Below, piece after piece: positions 38,718 through 40,534 of a stretch of 40,534 nt of DNA (the stretch's first letter is position 1; every line of letters starts with the position of its first letter). Below the pieces are notes generated by a model that was not told the DNA's origin, did not search any database, and was given only the letters and a program-made list of their open reading frames with translations. The translations under genes and the position numbers were made by a program. The stretch covers positions 1-40,534 of the forward strand of contig JACMRH010000519.1 of NCBI GenBank assembly GCA_014376535.1, given 5' to 3'. The DNA is from Cytophagales bacterium (GTDB lineage Bacteria; Bacteroidota; Bacteroidia; Cytophagales; UBA9547).

Positions 38718-39836
38718 TTAATCACCGTCGCCACTTGCGTATGTTATATATACACCTAGAACAGAAACCATTTCTGATTTTATATGCCTTGTAAATTTTT
38801 GCAATTCCAGGTATAATTCCTGAGCCTGTGCCGGATTTGATTTTAGTAATTCGGAGAACCTCCCGGATGGCAATCCATTCAATTTAGTTCTAATAATTTC
38901 AAATTGCTGAACAGTAGCTACTGCGATTTCAGGCCCTCCGCTTGTTTCCAATAAATATTCCTGAAGTCCAGGACCATCATATCCTCTTTTATTTCTTCCG
39001 TACCATAAATTTTCGATTGCATAAAAATTGTTTTTCATACAATCGAAAGAATACCCTGAATAATAAGCTTCAACCTGATTGGAATAAAATACTGGTTGCC
39101 CATTTTGAACCACTCTCCCACTTGGTATTCCAACCTTATAATTTTTCAGGTTTTCATAGTCAACAATTAATTGCTTCATTAATAAAGCTGTAGAGCTTGT
39201 TGCACTTGTACCATTGTTACTAATAAAATCAGACTTATAAGTATGCCAGCCAGCCACAGCGGCATTAGAACGATTTTTCACGTCCATCGCAATTAATTTC
39301 AAATAATTGATCCGATTCGGTGAAGCTTTAAAATTATTTAAAATAGTAGAATCATTATCGTTTAAATCAAAAAGAAGATAATCAAGTGCATTTAGTCCTC
39401 TGCTAGGTAAATCAATATCGTTCAGGTTCTGAAAATTATTTTTTATGAAATTTTCAATTGCTTCAGGATTGGATGGAAAGATATCAATGTAATCTACTTT
39501 AGGAAAGACATCACCTTCCCCAAACTGTTCCAAGGGTGGTCCAAAGCGAATGGCAGAACAATATTGCCAGGCTATAAAAGTAGTTTTCAATTCATTCTGC
39601 AATGAATCTAACCTGCTTTGTGTGGGATTTTGAGAAAATAATAAAGTCACATTGTAAAGATTGTTGGCCGCTGTACTAAAATCTGTCAGAGAAGGGGTGA
39701 TGACATTATCTGAATAATTCACCAACATGGAAGTCCGGTCGAAGTTGTTGGTTTCAACCTTATCTTGCTCTTTCTTTTTACAGGAAAAAGCAAACATCAA
39801 CACACAAACGGCCAACAAACTATTTAATCTCATCAT
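38718..39836 (-). CDS. Second imelysin-family lipoprotein
   Basis: Lipobox AFS-C; FGP, RGLNALDYLLF, K.GIP.G, VEAYYS, C-terminal GDGD. Confidence 0.85.
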   Translation of the reverse strand: MMRLNSLLAVCVLMFAFSCKKKEQDKVETNNFDRTSMLVNYSDNVITPSLTDFSTAANNLYNVTLLFSQNPTQSRLDSLQNELKTTFIAWQYCSAIRFGPPLEQFGEGDVFPKVDYIDIFPSNPEAIENFIKNNFQNLNDIDLPSRGLNALDYLLFDLNDNDSTILNNFKASPNRINYLKLIAMDVKNRSNAAVAGWHTYKSDFISNNGTSATSSTALLMKQLIVDYENLKNYKVGIPSGRVVQNGQPVFYSNQVEAYYSGYSFDCMKNNFYAIENLWYGRNKRGYDGPGLQEYLLETSGGPEIAVATVQQFEIIRTKLNGLPSGRFSELLKSNPAQAQELYLELQKFTRHIKSEMVSVLGVYITYASGDGD

Positions 39837-39853
39837 ATAAATAAGTATTTTTA

Positions 39854-40534
39854 TTAAAACGCCTTAGCATCTAATTGATAACTTGTAGCTAAGGAATTAT
39901 AGGCAGTAGCTACTTTAGTTGTATCATTCATTGACCAACTGTTGTTTCCCAAATCAAGAATAATCCCATCAAGAGTTGCAGAATTTATTTTCTTTTCAGG
40001 ATGTGAACGTAATCCCTTAAGAAACCCTATTCCTTCACTAAAAGCACTATTTCGTCTTGTAAGATCAGAATTTATAATATTAAGCCTTGTCCTTCTTAAA
40101 TAAGTAATCGCCATTCCAGCTGCAGTTCTACTCAGTTCAGTACGGATTGTTTGTGCATTTTGTAATATATAAACCTCATCGTTAGCCTCAATCGCAGATC
40201 TGCCATTAATAAATGATAACATAATTTTAGGGACATTTGAACCCAACCTATCATCGTTCGTACCTAAATACTCACCCCAAAAAGGCAATTCTGGCCTTGT
40301 TACTTTGTAATTTATGAAGTCCGGAGTTACTCCCAGGTAGGCAAAAGATTTGTCCCACGTTTGTAGTCTAATTTCTTTAGATTGATTTTTCAAATTATTG
40401 TCAGCTAACAAAACAGAACAGATCTGATAAAGTTGTAGAGATCCCATTAATTGTTTTTCTATCAGTTCGTAAACTGCAATCCCATTGGCATCATACAATT
40501 TGAAAGCCGAGGTTGTGGTAGCTTGTTTTACGCC
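39854..40534 (-). CDS. DUF4856-like protein, 5' end outside the window
   Basis: Frame stays open from 40498 to the window edge (GVKQATTTSAFK-LYDANG...); ELIEKQLMG, WDKSFAYLG, SEGIGFL motifs; first visible gene of the imelysin operon. Confidence 0.7.
   Translation of the reverse strand, partial: GVKQATTTSAFKLYDANGIAVYELIEKQLMGSLQLYQICSVLLADNNLKNQSKEIRLQTWDKSFAYLGVTPDFINYKVTRPELPFWGEYLGTNDDRLGSNVPKIMLSFINGRSAIEANDEVYILQNAQTIRTELSRTAAGMAITYLRRTRLNIINSDLTRRNSAFSEGIGFLKGLRSHPEKKINSATLDGIILDLGNNSWSMNDTTKVATAYNSLATSYQLDAKAF

Noticed and set aside
223-39193. The many 60-100 aa ORFs antisense to or nested in long genes
   Set aside because: They are shadow frames of well-supported genes and carry no recognisable motifs.

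Overview
AT-rich chromosomal window from a Bacteroidota bacterium, most likely Cytophagales (TAnnTTTG promoters, signal peptides followed by Gln, CKKK-acidic lipoprotein signals). From left to right: an rpmF-plsX-fabH-efp-accB-accC-DUF151 operon; an alpha/beta hydrolase, a beta-barrel protein and an AsmA-like gene; an unannotated unit of promoter, 28-codon peptide ending in five Cys, 89-aa orphan ORF and tRNA-Cys(GCA); a receptor-less CHASE3 hybrid kinase/CheR/CheB/REC-kinase cluster; TauE, an M20 amidohydrolase, a vapBC pair and methyltransferases; three PD40-OmpA proteins; metK; a metallophosphoesterase; and an iron-uptake-type locus in which a FecA-like TonB-dependent receptor with a Fur-like box converges on an operon of DUF4856-like, two imelysin, di-heme DHOR and HTTM genes. 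The most striking unexplained element is the apparently leaderless poly-Cys sORF at 9954-10040, which looks like a cysteine-sensing attenuator placed upstream of a tRNA-Cys gene. Family assignments come from motif recognition only; no database searches were run.
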